Shown here piece after piece: positions 46,207 to 58,937 of a DNA stretch of 64,000 bases (within the stretch, counting starts at the first letter, position 1; every line of letters starts with the position of its first letter). The DNA is taken from assembly GCA_001643675.2 (NCBI GenBank), contig LSRY02000029.1, positions 186,001 through 250,000 on the forward strand. Reading direction: 5' to 3'. The notes under the pieces are model-generated. The model ran no database searches and was not told where the DNA came from. It saw only the letters and a list, made by a program, of their open reading frames with translations. The position numbers and the translations under genes were made by a program. This DNA is from Monocercomonoides exilis PA203 (Eukaryota > Protista > Preaxostyla).

Positions 46207-48312
46207 GCACTGAGCCCAACAGAATCCGACGGGCTTGCCGGGAAATCCCGCCGTTCAAGGACAATTGATCTATCCAACTACGATTTTGCATCAGTCATTT
46301 CCCTCCGCCCGCAGCTGAAACCCAGTCCGTTCCGAGTGGTGGATGAGATCAACCAAGGGATGGATGAGCACAACGAGCGAAAAGTGCTGGAGTTGCTGTT
46401 CCATTCGTCCGAGCAGCCGATGAGCCCGCAGATATTCGTCATCACGCCAAAGCTGCTTAAAGAGCTGAGCTTCACAAAGCACACTCGTGTTATTATGCCC
46501 TTCGACGGGCCGTTTATGTGCACGCAGGCAGAAATGCATGCACATGTGCAGAATTTGATGAAGCTGGCGATTCTGAAAGTGGCTCAGTTGGAAAACGCAA
46601 AAAGGAGATTGGAGAAGGAAAAAGTGAAAGTGAAAGAGGAAGAGGAAGAAGAAGAAGAAGAAGAAGAAAGTATTGCTATTTCTGATGCTCGAAGTCAAAA
46701 GCATCCAAAAAGCAAAGAAACAGAAAGAACAATCAAAAATAACGAGGCAGATTCTGCTGCTTCTCTCTCTCTCATCAGACATCTTTCACAACTCTCTTCA
46801 ACCAAAATGCCAAACTCACAAAAGTCCAAACGACGTTCTGTTTCTTCTCCTCTCCCTCCTCTTCCTCTTCTTCCTCCTCTTCCTCCAAACGTGGCGTATG
46901 CTGCCACTTTAGCGCCTTCCACACAGCTGAGCGTGTTGGAGGCTGCCCAGGAATGCACAAGCATTTTGAATGACTTTTCTAGTTTGACTTCTGCTTCAGT
47001 GAAAGACGAAAAAAATAATCTAAGTGATAACTTGGAAGTGACAGCGAGTCAGGTTCCAGAACCACTGATGAATAAGACTTCATCGTTTTCTTCTTCTTCC
47101 TCTTCCTCCTCTTCCTCTTCTTCTTCCTCTTCCCAGTCAAGTCAGAAGAATACTCAACAAACAGGCAATTCACAGAAATCTGGTGCGAATAAAACGCATG
47201 CGAAACCCGAAGAGCACCTTTTGAGTGCTGTTTCACAATATTTGAACTCTCTGACTCAATATGTGGCACAGACACAGCGATTGGATGTTACTTCTGGAAA
47301 TGAAAGTCTGACTGATTTGACTTCATCTTCATCATCATCATCTGCTTCTTCTTCCTCTTCAGCTTCTTCTTCCTCTTCTTCCTCTTCTCTTCTTTCATTT
47401 TCTCAACAACAAAGCAAAAACGAGCACAAAAGCGCATCTTTGCTCAGCTCAAACTCATTTCAATCAAACACTTCACAGCTTCCCTCAGCAATTGACTTAT
47501 CAATTTTCTCTTCGCCCGCCGTTTCTTCTTCGAATCAGTCGCGTCCTCCTTCTTTTGCACACACAAAACACGTCAACCCTCTCTTCCCCATCGCTCCTCT
47601 CAAGCACATGTACAGCCAGCCACTTCAGCGTTCTCTTTCAATCACTTCTTCGTCTTCTCCTTCTTCTTCTTCTTTGTCTTCATCATCTTCTTCGTCTTCT
47701 TCCTCACCATCTCTTTCTCCTTCTGCTTCTTTGTCAACAACAACTTCATCATCATCTTCTTCTTCTCCTTTCCCTTCTCCTTCTCCTTCTCCTTCTTCCT
47801 CTTCAATCACACCATCCCAGCCACAATATTCACCTTCTCACAGCATCTTCACTTCTGAAGTGCCCACTCCACTTTCCACTTCTTTTGCCTCTCTTTCTGC
47901 TAATCCTCGGAGAGCATTGAGAAAGCGACCAAGACCTTTTTCAAGCGATGAAGAAGAAGATGAAGAAGAAGATGATGGAGGAAAAGAAGAAGAAAATGGT
48001 GATGATGATGATGATTACGAAGCAGAAGCAGGAGAAAGAGCAGTTTCACACAGAAACAAAAAGAAAAAACTGAGAAATAACGAAGGTGCAAAGAGCCACA
48101 AAACCAGAATTTCCTCTGAAGATACCGAAGATGCCGAAGATGCAGAGAATGATGTGTTTCCCAGCCAATCGCAAGGCTTTGGAATAACCACGTCGCAGTG
48201 GACTTCGCAGAAACGTCTGCGCAGGCCGAGCGCAGCAGCGCGGGACAGCCAGAATTATTTCTTTGATTCGCAGAACGATGAGTCAAATGCAAGCGATGAG
48301 GAATTTTTGTAG
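41626..48312 (+). CDS. SMC5: Structural maintenance of chromosomes protein 5, expanded to 2228 aa
   Basis: Walker A GPNGSGKS followed by LGLGG; Q-loop QFLPQER; signature QSGGEKSVS; Walker B PFRVVDEINQGMD; QIFVITPKLL; long coiled coils. Confidence 0.92.
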
Positions 48313-48805
48313 TTATTGGTTATTTTTTTTGCACTTTTTTTTATGAATGTGCATTTTGTGTTATTTATTTTTAATTTTTTTTCTTTCCTTTTTTCTTTTT
48401 TTTTAAAAAAAAAAAAGAAAGAAAGAAAAATAAGAAAACAGTAAATAAATAGAATGAAAGTGGTTTAAAATGATTTTTTATTTACTGAAAGCCATTCAGT
48501 GCTTTTCAGTTGTTAGCAAACAGATTCCTAAAAAGTGCCAATAAGGTCAAAAGTCTATTCAAAAGTTGACACTTCGAATAATTTCATTTGATCATTTTTA
48601 TTTTTTGGAGTTTCAGAGGATAAATCCTTGTTCATGTTAAAAATCCTTTGTTAAATATTCCAAAGCTTGAAAAAAAATTGTGTAGTTACTGATATTTTTA
48701 ATGATTATTTTGCTTTAATAATTCTCCTCTTTTATATGTCAAAAAATGTTACTTTTTCATTGAATGATAAAAATGTGTTGGAAAATATGTGTTTGCTTTC
48801 AGAAA

Positions 48806-50207
48806 TGGAGGAGATGATTAATTAAAAACATTTTTCGGATTTGAATACATTTTGAATGATGATTCTTGATGATTTTATGTCTTTCTGCCTTATTTTGAAG
48901 AAATGTTTTCTGAGCTGGAACATTGCGATGAGGATGCTCAAAAACAGATCGAAAGAGAAATGAATGATGAAGAATTTGAGTCTCTATTCGAAAAAGAAAT
49001 ATTCAATAAAATAGATAAGATGATTGAAGAACAGAAAATGCAGTGTGAAAGTACTGTTTTGATCTTGAAGCGCATTGGGTATTTTATCGTGATAAAAAAC
49101 ATGCGGCATGTTCCTTTTGAAAAATCTTTGTTGTGAGAAAGATTTGAAAAGATGATTATAGACGAAAAAATGAAAATTGAAGGAAAAAATAAACAACTAA
49201 TGATTGATCTCTGCAAATGTTATTTGATGATTTATCCTCACGTTTTTAATGGAAAATTTACAAAGAAAATGTGCTTGAATTTGGTGTTTTATCTTGTGAA
49301 ATTTGCTTTGAAAAAGGAAGAAAAGGAGAAAATCCAAAAAGAAGAAGAAATGTCTTTATTGGCATTGAGCAATGCAACACATTACGTTTGGGCAACTCAA
49401 CTTCCTTTTTGAGGTTATTAAATTTTCTTTTGACTTTTTATTAGAAAATACCAGAAGAATTATATTTGAAAGAAATCAAAGAGATTGTCCTAAAGCATCA
49501 GGAACACAACAATCTGACAAGTCTTGGATATCAGTCTGCATGGAAGTTTTTGATCCACAGATTAGAGAAAGACAAAAGCTTGGAAGAAGTGATTACGAAA
49601 GAACTGTATTTTAAGAGAGGCAGCAAAAGAACTTGAAGATCTGTCAAAATGTGTGGATTGGAAGAGAAGAGAAGAGGGAAAAGGAGAAAGGGAAGTGAAG
49701 GAAATATTTGTTTTCGAGAGATGGTTCGCTGCAATTTATGATTGCTTTTACTCATGCAAATCATGGAACGAAGAACTTGCTGGGCTTTTTTGGAGCATCG
49801 TTCAAGTGTTTAAAGCATCAAAGGATAATTGTGCAGGCACAAGCTTTTTATGCATTTTTTCATTAACAGAAGCAACGGACAATAGATATGTGAAAATTGA
49901 TGACTTGCTGAAAGGAGAAGCTGTAGATGTTATTTTGGAAGATATTCAACAATCATCGTTGAATGACGATCTGGCATATGAATGCTTGAAGTTTTTTATG
50001 AATGTTTCAAATAAATCGAAAGGAAAGGAGGATGGTGAAATAGAAAAGGTGAAAAGAAAAACAACCAAAATGCAGTTATTTGAAAAAATGGAAGAACAAG
50101 GATACGAAGATGTCATCGCATGCTTTCATAAAATATTTAATATTCTAAACAGTAAATATTATTATGCACTATCAATAAATGTTTCTGATTATTTTGTGAA
50201 TGGATAA
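48806..50207 (+). pseudogene. Disabled copy of a multicopy helical-repeat gene family (paralog of 52772-54190)
   Basis: In-frame TAA in exon 1; first donor lost (GATTTG); TGA at 49134-36; frameshift near 49610; colinear motifs FSELEHC, RFEKMIIDE, LIDLC, EM(S/A)LL, HQEH, DWKR, EEQGYED. Confidence 0.8.
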
Positions 50208-52771
50208 GGAAATGCCTTGAATTCGATTTCTCCTAATTTCAATTTTTCAAATTGCATCAAAACACAAAATCGAAAACAAACAGTTAAATGAAAGATTTTT
50301 CAATTTTTTATTTTTTATCCCATTTCATTTTGATGATATGAAGAAGCAAAAATAACAGATAACTCTTTTTCTTTCTTCATTTCAAATCTTCCTCAAATGA
50401 TTTGACTGCTAAAAAGTTTCATTAAAAAATCAAAATTCACTTGTTCATTCATTGCCTTTTTCAGATTTTCCTCTTCTTTTTCGAGTAGTCCTGCATTCTC
50501 TCAGTTTCTTCTTTTGTAAAGCCAAATTCGATGTCTTTTCAGTTCTTTGAAGAGAAGTTGAAACCTTGCGAACGAAAAGAGGATTTGCGAGATGAATGTG
50601 GACATCAAGAAAACAGGATTTTCTTCTAGTAATTGGTTGGTTGATAGTCGCTTCTTAGCCGCAAATGCTCACTTTCTCTTTCGCCTTTCATTTTGCATGG
50701 TCAATCTGTCACAAAAAAAGATAATCGATCATACGCAGCTTATTTCGAATGAACAGGAGAAAAAAAAACTTCGCAGAAATTACTAAAATGATGAAATAGC
50801 ATTCTCAATATTGGTGAATTTTTATTACCCAAAAGTTTTCATTCGTTTTTTTCACCATTCTTCAACAGTTCGGTTTCCTCAGGTAACATTGATTCGTATA
50901 TGATGCTGAGAATTCACAAATATATTCCATTCAAATAGCGAAGAAGCAATAACCCCTGATTGTAATTCCTGCAATTCTTTTGATGTTGTGGAAGCGAGAA
51001 GGAATGTTGAATCAAAATAGATTAATATCTGTTTTTCAGAAGAGACGATTGATTTGCTATGAAGAATTCAAAAATATGAGGAAAATTTCTTGGGAGTAGA
51101 CATTTATTCTGAAAAGCAGTTGAAAAAAATATGTATCGACAGAAGAGCTGATTGATGAACGAAATGTTGAAGAATATTAAAAATGTTGGAGAAATGAATA
51201 AAGTGTTGAGGAAGGCACTGAAAGTTTTGAAGCTGAAAAAGACGAAAATGTCTGTTTAAAAAAATAAAAGAAAGTGAAAATGAAGGAGGAGGTAAGAAGA
51301 AGTGAGAGAAGAAGAAGACGACGACAATGATGCATAAGGGAGCCAAGAAGAAGGAGAGAAGTAGATGACGAAGGAATAAAATAAACAAGAAGAATAATAA
51401 CATAATTACAAGAGTTTGTGTGGTGTAAACGAAAACATGATAGTAATGCAGCCGAAGAAGAAGAAGAATTCGATGAAGGAGATGAAGGAGATGATGAAGA
51501 GGAAGAGGAAGAAGACGACGAAAAGAATTATTGCCAAGAAGAAAATTTTTATATATTTAAATAATAGCATTTGTTGTGTTGGAGTTAATGAATGTGACAA
51601 AGTCGAAGAAGATTGTGAGAAAGATGCAAAAGGTGATGAAGATCTAATGGAAATCTCCAATGTCTGATATCTTCTAATAGAAGATATTCTCAGCATCGCA
51701 AACTCATTCTCTTCTTCACTTACAAATCCTTCGATGACACAATGCCAAAGGCGATAGCAAAATGACTCTATTCCATTTTGCCTGTTATCTACACCAAGCT
51801 GCTTGTATAACTCCAAATTGTCTGTTTTTCTTGCATTGTCGACTCTCAAACCAATAAATTAAAAAAGTTCCATCCCTTTTCTTAGTCCATGAAATCAATG
51901 TCTTGCCCTTCTCATCCCAAAAAATGTGCCTTGTTTTGTCTCATCTACTGCTAATCTCCTGTTTCAGTCATCTGTCCCAATTGCTCCAAAATTTTTTTCT
52001 GAAAATATTCCCACCATCTTCAAAAAACGCTCCCTTTTAATAGTGATTGGACATTCTTCCTTTTTAGTCTTGTACATCTTCCAACCCCATTGATTCTGCT
52101 CCATCAATATTCATTTTTCATCGCATTTCTATCCATCGCGCATGTTGTCCAAAATAAGTCACATAAATATTTGTAACAAAAAATATTCAGTCTCTAATAT
52201 CTGTAAGTTGTAAGGTTATATTTTGCTCTCTTTCATGCTGTTCTCTTCTGCAAAGAATAGATTGTTCATTTTTATAAATAGCCTGAATCACGACTTCGGA
52301 AATGATACGGATAGAAATATCTTCGCAATGAATTAAAAAATAAAAAATATAGCATACAAATATTTTCATTCAAAAATAAATTTGTTGCATTTCATTGTTC
52401 ACTCAATTTCAAAAATAATCATACAGGATTCCATTTTGTTTTTCCAGTGTTCATGCTATCATTGAAATCAATGTTTCTAGTTCTATATGTAATATTCACT
52501 CACAGAATTCTCAATCTGTGGATGCTTATTCTCGTTCAAATATTATTATTTGATCATTAAATCCATTACAAATAAAGAAAATATTTTAAATCGTTTTTTC
52601 TTCATAATACTTAGTTAAAAATACAAATGCAAAAAATGACGGTATGTGTACCGATGTTTTTATTTTTATGTTGAGATTTTAATTAAACATCAATTTTCTT
52701 TACCAAATAAATGCGCTTTCAATGTGAATGATAAAAATTGCTTTGCTTTATGAACGCAATGTTTTTCAAAA

Positions 52772-54190
52772 ATGCAGGAGACGGACAACACAAAAAAGTT
52801 AACAGGCTGGCATCCATTTTTGTATTTGTATTCTTGATAATTGCATTTCTTTCTTTATTTTTTTATTAAGAATTATTTTCTGAGCTTGAATATTGCAATG
52901 AGGAAGAGCAGATGCATAAAATCCTTGAAATGAATGAACCAATGTATAAGATGAAAAAGGAAGAATTCAAATCAGTTTTCACAAAAGAATTTTACAATCA
53001 AATAGAAAAATTAATTAAAGAAAAGAAAATGAACATGGAAAATGCAATCAGATTTGTGAAGCAAATAGGATATTGCAAAGAGTTGAAAAATTTTTGGAAT
53101 GAAAGTTTTAAATTTTCATCGCTGATCAGTAGATTTGAAAAGATGATGATTGACGAAGATCAAAAAATTGAAGGAAGAAACGAAAAGCTTCTGATTGACC
53201 TTTGCGAAGCCTATCAAATGAATACTCTGTTAATGCCAGATGAAAATCTTCGCATTAGTATTCGCTGCATTTTGAAAGTTGCCTTGAAGAAAGAGGTTAA
53301 CGAGGAAACACAAAAAGAAGTGGAAATGGCTTTGCTTTCTCTGAGAGATGTTGGGTATTGCGTATGAGCATTTCTATTTCATTTTTGGTGCTGTTGAATG
53401 TTTTTCTTTCTTTCTTTCTTTCTTTAATTAGAGAGTGCCAGAAGAATTGTATTTGAATGATTTGACAGAAATAATCAAACATCATCAGGAGCATCGTAAC
53501 CTAACCCGACTTGCGTATCAATTTGCCTGGCAGTGTTTGATTGGATTTCTTTGCCAAAATAAAAATTTGGAAAAAGTCCTTACGAACGAATTGCATTTTA
53601 TAAGAGAAGCAATCAGAGAAATGGAAGAGCTGGCTGGCTATATGGATTGGAAAAGAAAAAAAGAAGAGGAAAAAGGAAATGAAATGGAAAATGAACGTGT
53701 TTTAGTGAGATTGCTCCAAAATTTGACCAATTTCTTCTACCATCGCAAACTATGGAATGAAGAATTTGATCAGCTTATCGAAAGCGCTATGAAAGTTTTT
53801 CGATTGGCAAAGGATAATCACAGAAGAATTCAATGTGAATGTGTTCTTCTTTTTGAAGCACTTGCAGAAAATAAAGCAATGGAAAATGATAGTTTTCAGA
53901 AAAGCGGGATTGTTGAAATTACTTTGGAAGAAATCTTCCACGCCTGTACAATAGATTCCGGAATTTACTGTTGTTTGAGTATTTTCGGCCTCGTTTGCAA
54001 TCGAATAAAGAGGAAAACTGGAAATGAAAATGAAGATGCAAAACTGCAAATATTGAAAAGAAAGTTGTTTGATAAGTTGGAGGAAGAAGGATACGAAGAA
54101 ACATTGAAAGGTTATTATGTTCTGTATAAAGTCTTTTACAGACATATTTTTGGCTCAGATGAATTATCTGGTTGTTTTATTTATTTGTAA
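52772..54190 (+). CDS. Lineage-specific multicopy helical-repeat protein, 3 exons, apparently intact
   Basis: Exons 52772-52805 (GC donor), 52871-53361, 53432-54190 in consistent phase; motifs ELFSELEYC, KVALKKE, HQEHRNLTRLAYQ, EEEGYEE. Confidence 0.7.
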
Positions 54191-54642
54191 ATCAAATTTT
54201 CGTTTCGATTTCATTCACATTAAAGATGACTCCCAAAAATAAAAGGTGAATGAAGACAAATAAACTTGTATTTTTCATTTCAGGAATTAATTCATTGTAT
54301 TTCAAAATATTCTGGATTTTGCCTATTTCAAAGAATTTGAATACTTTTTGCCAATATAAAGATTATAAATAAAAAATTTCTCATTTTCTTAAATGATTGG
54401 TGCATTCGAAAAAGTTAGAGAGCGAAGTTTCAAGAAAATTAAAAACATATTTTTTCAATTTCGCAAAAAAAAAAATAAAATAAAATAAAAATAAAAATTA
54501 AAATAAAATAAATAAATAAATAAATCATTTCAATACAAATGATTCTTCATCACGAAAATCAAATCAAATAAATTAAATTTAATACGTTCAATAGAATATT
54601 TCTCTTTTTAAACAAGAAAATAGCTCAATTAATAAGATAAAA

Positions 54643-54883
54643 TCATTGATGGCTGCTTTCCATCTGCTGGGCCCTCCTTTTCTGTCTTCTCTTTCTCCTT
54701 TTTTCTTCTTCTGACAGCTTCATTTTCAGCTCCACAATGTCCTCTTCTGCTTTCAGAGCTCTTTCTCTCCATTCTTCTTCCACTCTCTGCAGAGCCACGA
54801 CTCGCTGGTTAAGTTCTGCATTGGCCATGTTGATCTGGTCAAATTGTGTTGAAAAACTATAAAGTCAAAATAAAGCAGTAAAA

Positions 54884-54922
<39 letters not shown>

Positions 54923-57900
54923 AATAAAATAAAATAAAATAAAATAAAATAAAATAAAATAAAATATATATATAGAGAGAGAAATCCAAGTGTTTGAGAA
55001 ATTCAATTAAAATAGAAGAAAGAAGAAAGAAAAGAAAAGAAAAGGATAATTTTTTAAAGCTAAAAAAAAGAGAGTGAAAGCATCAATAAGTCAAACTCGA
55101 TAACTGTCCCTCTGTTTTCTGCAAGTGCATCTTCATAAGCGTCTTTGACATCCAAAAGAATGGGGGCAAAATGAGGCAGAAGCTGTCTTATTGACTCCAA
55201 CACTCCACGATAAATCTGAATAGAAACAGAAATTCATTTAAAAAAAAATTGGGAAATATAAAAAAAAATTTCAATGAAATTATAACATTTAATAAATTTG
55301 AAAAAGAATTTGAAAATTTTTAGATAAAAAGAAAAGAAAAGAAAAGAAAAAAAAAAGAAAAGAAAAGAAAAAAGAAAATTAATTTTAAACAATAAGAAAA
55401 AGAAAATAAAAAGAAAGAAAGAAAAAACTCATTCACATAAGTCCAACCTGCAGTTTTGCCGATGTTCCTCCTTTCTTCCCTTTCTCAAGCCCCAGTTTCT
55501 TCAGCTTCTCCTTCGTGCCCACCTCCAGCTGCAGAACAGGATTGCGAAATCCCTTTTTGTCTGTGAATCCTGTCAGAGGCACAAATGGAGGCTGCTTCCA
55601 AGGAAGATCAGATGATAAAGGAGATGTCGGCTGCGAATGCGATTGGAGAGGAGAAGAAGAGGAAGAAGAAGAAGAAGAGGAGGAGGAAGAAGAAGAAACC
55701 GAAGACTTCGGCCTCACGGGAGACAGATGTGTGTCTACCTTCACCGGCACATCCGGTGACGTCGTCTCTCTTCTGTGCTTCCTCCGAAAGCGCTCGATTT
55801 CTCTGTCTGCCGAGCGCAGCACCACTTCCGGCTCAAAGTGCATCACCGCCGGTCCGCTTTGCCGCACCTGCGCTTGAATCTTCTGTGCATCCCCAACAAT
55901 CGCCCGGATCGCCCTTTCTTTCTCTGGTGAGACAGAGGTGTGGAAGGAAGGAGAGGGAAGGCTGGGTGAAGAAGATGGGGAAAGCACGGAGAAACTGGGG
56001 GAGTCCGCGCGGGTTTGGGCGAGGTTCAGAGGGGAGGAAGCTGACATCGAAGAAGAATTTACATTTGAAGAAGAAGAAGAAGATGATGATGACGACGACG
56101 ACGACGATGAGAGCGATGAAGGCGATGTGAAAGAAGGCGAATGAAATTCAATGTTTCTGCTCTCCGCTTTCTTCCTTTCGCTGCCCTGTTCTCTCAAAAA
56201 GCTCTGCCCACGCGGCGAGTGGCCAGCCGACAGATGTGCTTCAGCCTCATTCCAGAGAGTGATCATCGTCTGATCAAACATTCCACTTTCAGCATCAGCC
56301 GACAGCAGTCCCGCCGCAGCCATCGCATTCAGCTCCGCCGGCGCTGTCTTCATCGCCAGACGCGTTTCAGAGAAAGGCGAATCATCATTCGGTGTGGTTG
56401 TCTTTGTCTCAAAGAAGGATGATGTGTTTTGCGTGGTGTACTTCCACGTCCCTTTCTCCTTCTCCCTCAGATGCTTCGTGAGCTCTCGCTCCTTCTGGAT
56501 CCGCCTCTTCTCCTGCTCCATCCTTTCTTTATCTGCCAGCCTTGCTGCCTTCTCCTCTTCTGTCTCATCCGGCTCGTCCTCATCCTCATCCTCAATGTCC
56601 AAGCAGCTCGCTTCTCCCTCTGCGCCCGCCTGCTGCATCTGCATGTGCCTCGTCATCACTTCCTCCAGCTCGCTTTCGCTGGCTGCCCCGCGCGGCGACG
56701 CATTCGGCGCTTGAAACCCGTCACGCCTCGACTGCAGCCCCGAAGAAGCGCCGGACTCTGTGAAGGACCCATTCACACGGAGCGAAAGAGGAGAGATGAT
56801 CCCGGGGCTCATCAGCGAGATCGCCTCCAGGGTCGGTGCTGCTGGCTGGCTGGCTTCCAAATTGCGGCTTGATGATAACGCTGATGACGATGAAGTTGAT
56901 GCCGATGATGCTGATGAAGCAGTTAATGTTGAAGATGATGTTGCTTGTGTCTTTGACAGCTGTGAATTGCTCGTCTCCCCTTCTCCAATTGTGCTGAGCT
57001 CCAAAAAGGACTTCGAATTCTTTCTGCTTTCAAAGCTTGATTTGGGATCAGCGCTGTCTCCCATTGGAGTGGGAGGAGGAGGCGTCAATGTGTTTCTGAA
57101 CAGGGTTGCTCCAATGTTTGTGTGTTCAGACGCATTCCGGTCTTTTGTGTGGGTGTGATATGATGAAGCAGCAGAGGCCAGAGATGCCGTGGAGGCAAAA
57201 GCTGAGCTTGCTGCTGATGTTAGTGTTGATGCTGTTGTTGTGTAAGAAGCAGTCGACGCTGACGACGCATGCCGCGAATGTTGGCACAAATAAGGCTCGT
57301 CCTGGTGGAGCGAGCGTTCCGAATAGAGCGGAGAGGAAAGCGGAGTGAAAGCAGAACTCAGAATTGGAGAAGGCGCAGCAGAGGAGGAGATAGAAAAGGA
57401 AGGAGAGGGCGTTTCACAGACGGTTGAGGAAAGCGACACAGCTGTTCTGTCTGTTTGCATTGGCGATGCCTGCAGTGAGTGAGATGGATCCTGGGGAGAA
57501 GGATGAAACAAGGTTGTGGAAGAAGAAGGAGGAGGAGGCTGCTGAGGTGAAGAATAAGGATAAGAAGAGGAAGAAGCATCAGCAGAATCACGATTGTTAT
57601 TCAGTCCAGCCTGTGGTTGTGCTACAAAGTCAGCCACTTGCTGCAGCGCTGCTGTCTTCGAGTTGTAGAGATTTTGGTTGTTTGTCAGTCCTTTCACACC
57701 CCAGCGCCGTTCTGTGTCTCTTTTGCGGTCTTCATCGCTCATCGGGACGCACAAAAGGCCCCCTTCCTCTTCTAGCTCGAGCTGAGGGAATATTCCTGTT
57801 TCCCACAGTGAGTCGCCTTCTGTGATGCGCTTCATGATCGAGACAGGGTTGATTGGAGACACTGCAAAAACAGAGGAGAATTGTGAGCGGTGTCTTTCGA

Positions 57901-58755
57901 ACTCCTCCTGGCGCTTCTTGGCCATCACCTTGGAGGGCACTACGACTTTGGGGATGTGGCGGGAGCGGGCCGTTGGTGACTGAGAAAGAATAGATTTTTT
58001 GGTGGTGTTTTGTGGAGATGAAATGGCGGAAGTGGTATGAGATGAATTTTGGTCAATGTTGTGAAGTGTGCTTGATAATCTGTGTTGTGACGGACTTTTG
58101 CGCTGCAAGGAAGATGAAGTGCGAGATTGTTGAGGGCGAAGCGGTGAAATGGATTGCGGATCGTTAAACCCTGAAAATGCCAAATTTCTTTTTCAAATAG
58201 TTTTAAATTTGTACAGTCACAAAATACAACTTTGAAGTTTTTTAAAAAAAAATAAGTATCAACCTCTTTTCTAGGGATGTTGCTGGCCTTTGTCTCGACT
58301 GTGTATGACTGTAGCTTCGAGCGCCTGGCGTTCGATGATGGTGAACAAAGGCGGGAAATCCAGTTAGATATGTTCGAGTTGGAGAATCTGGGAGCTGAGT
58401 GGGACTGCAAGTGGAGTTTTGTCCTCCATATTTTTTGTCACGTTTTTCTTCAACAGACAAAGTTTTTAATGCAGCTTCAACATGCTCAGAAGCAATATCA
58501 TTAATCTGCGCAGAACGTTCTGGATCAATTGAGGATACGCATTCTGTTCCTGCTATCTTTTAAGAAATGAATTTTAAAAATACGAGATATCTCATTAAGC
58601 ATACTATACGCAAAGGTAAATGACCATTTTGTTCTGTTTAAGAAGAAATAAAAACTATTTAAGAACAAATTATTGAGTGAAATACTTTTAAACAATGGTG
58701 ATGCTTCCTCTTTTAAAAGAAAAGCGTAAGGCTTATGCGAAGGTGCAGAAGCCAT
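54643..58755 (-). CDS. Ser-rich protein with a C-terminal TSNAXIP1_N-like domain and coiled coil
   Basis: Exons 58755-58686, (58633-58584 uncertain), ~58556-58264, 58187-55448, 55215-55097, 54856-54643; spliced QLEVGTKEKL...KLQIYRGVLESIRQLLPHFAPILLDVKDAYEDAL resembles TSNAXIP1/C6orf118. Confidence 0.6.
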
Positions 58756-58937
58756 TCCTCAGAATTTTGAAAAATGAAAATGTGATTTATTATATGATGG
58801 TTCATTTTAAAAATATTTTGATAATACTGTATCTGTTGTAATTGACGTATATTTTATGAACGATAACATTCCATCAGAATGAAATTTGCCATAACAATTA
58901 TTCATCAGAAACCAATTTCATAAAGTTGAGATTTTGC
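58756..58937. promoter_or_regulatory. Putative bidirectional promoter between the TSNAXIP1_N gene and the Zn2Cys6 TF
   Basis: 182 bp between divergent ATGs. Confidence 0.45.

Noticed and set aside
49134-49136. In-frame TGA suggesting an alternative genetic code
   Set aside because: The same copy has a frameshift and another stop, and intact genes end in TAA, TAG or TGA
58557-58583. 27-nt mini-intron
   Set aside because: A single intron 58553-58685 also keeps frame; cannot be resolved without RNA data
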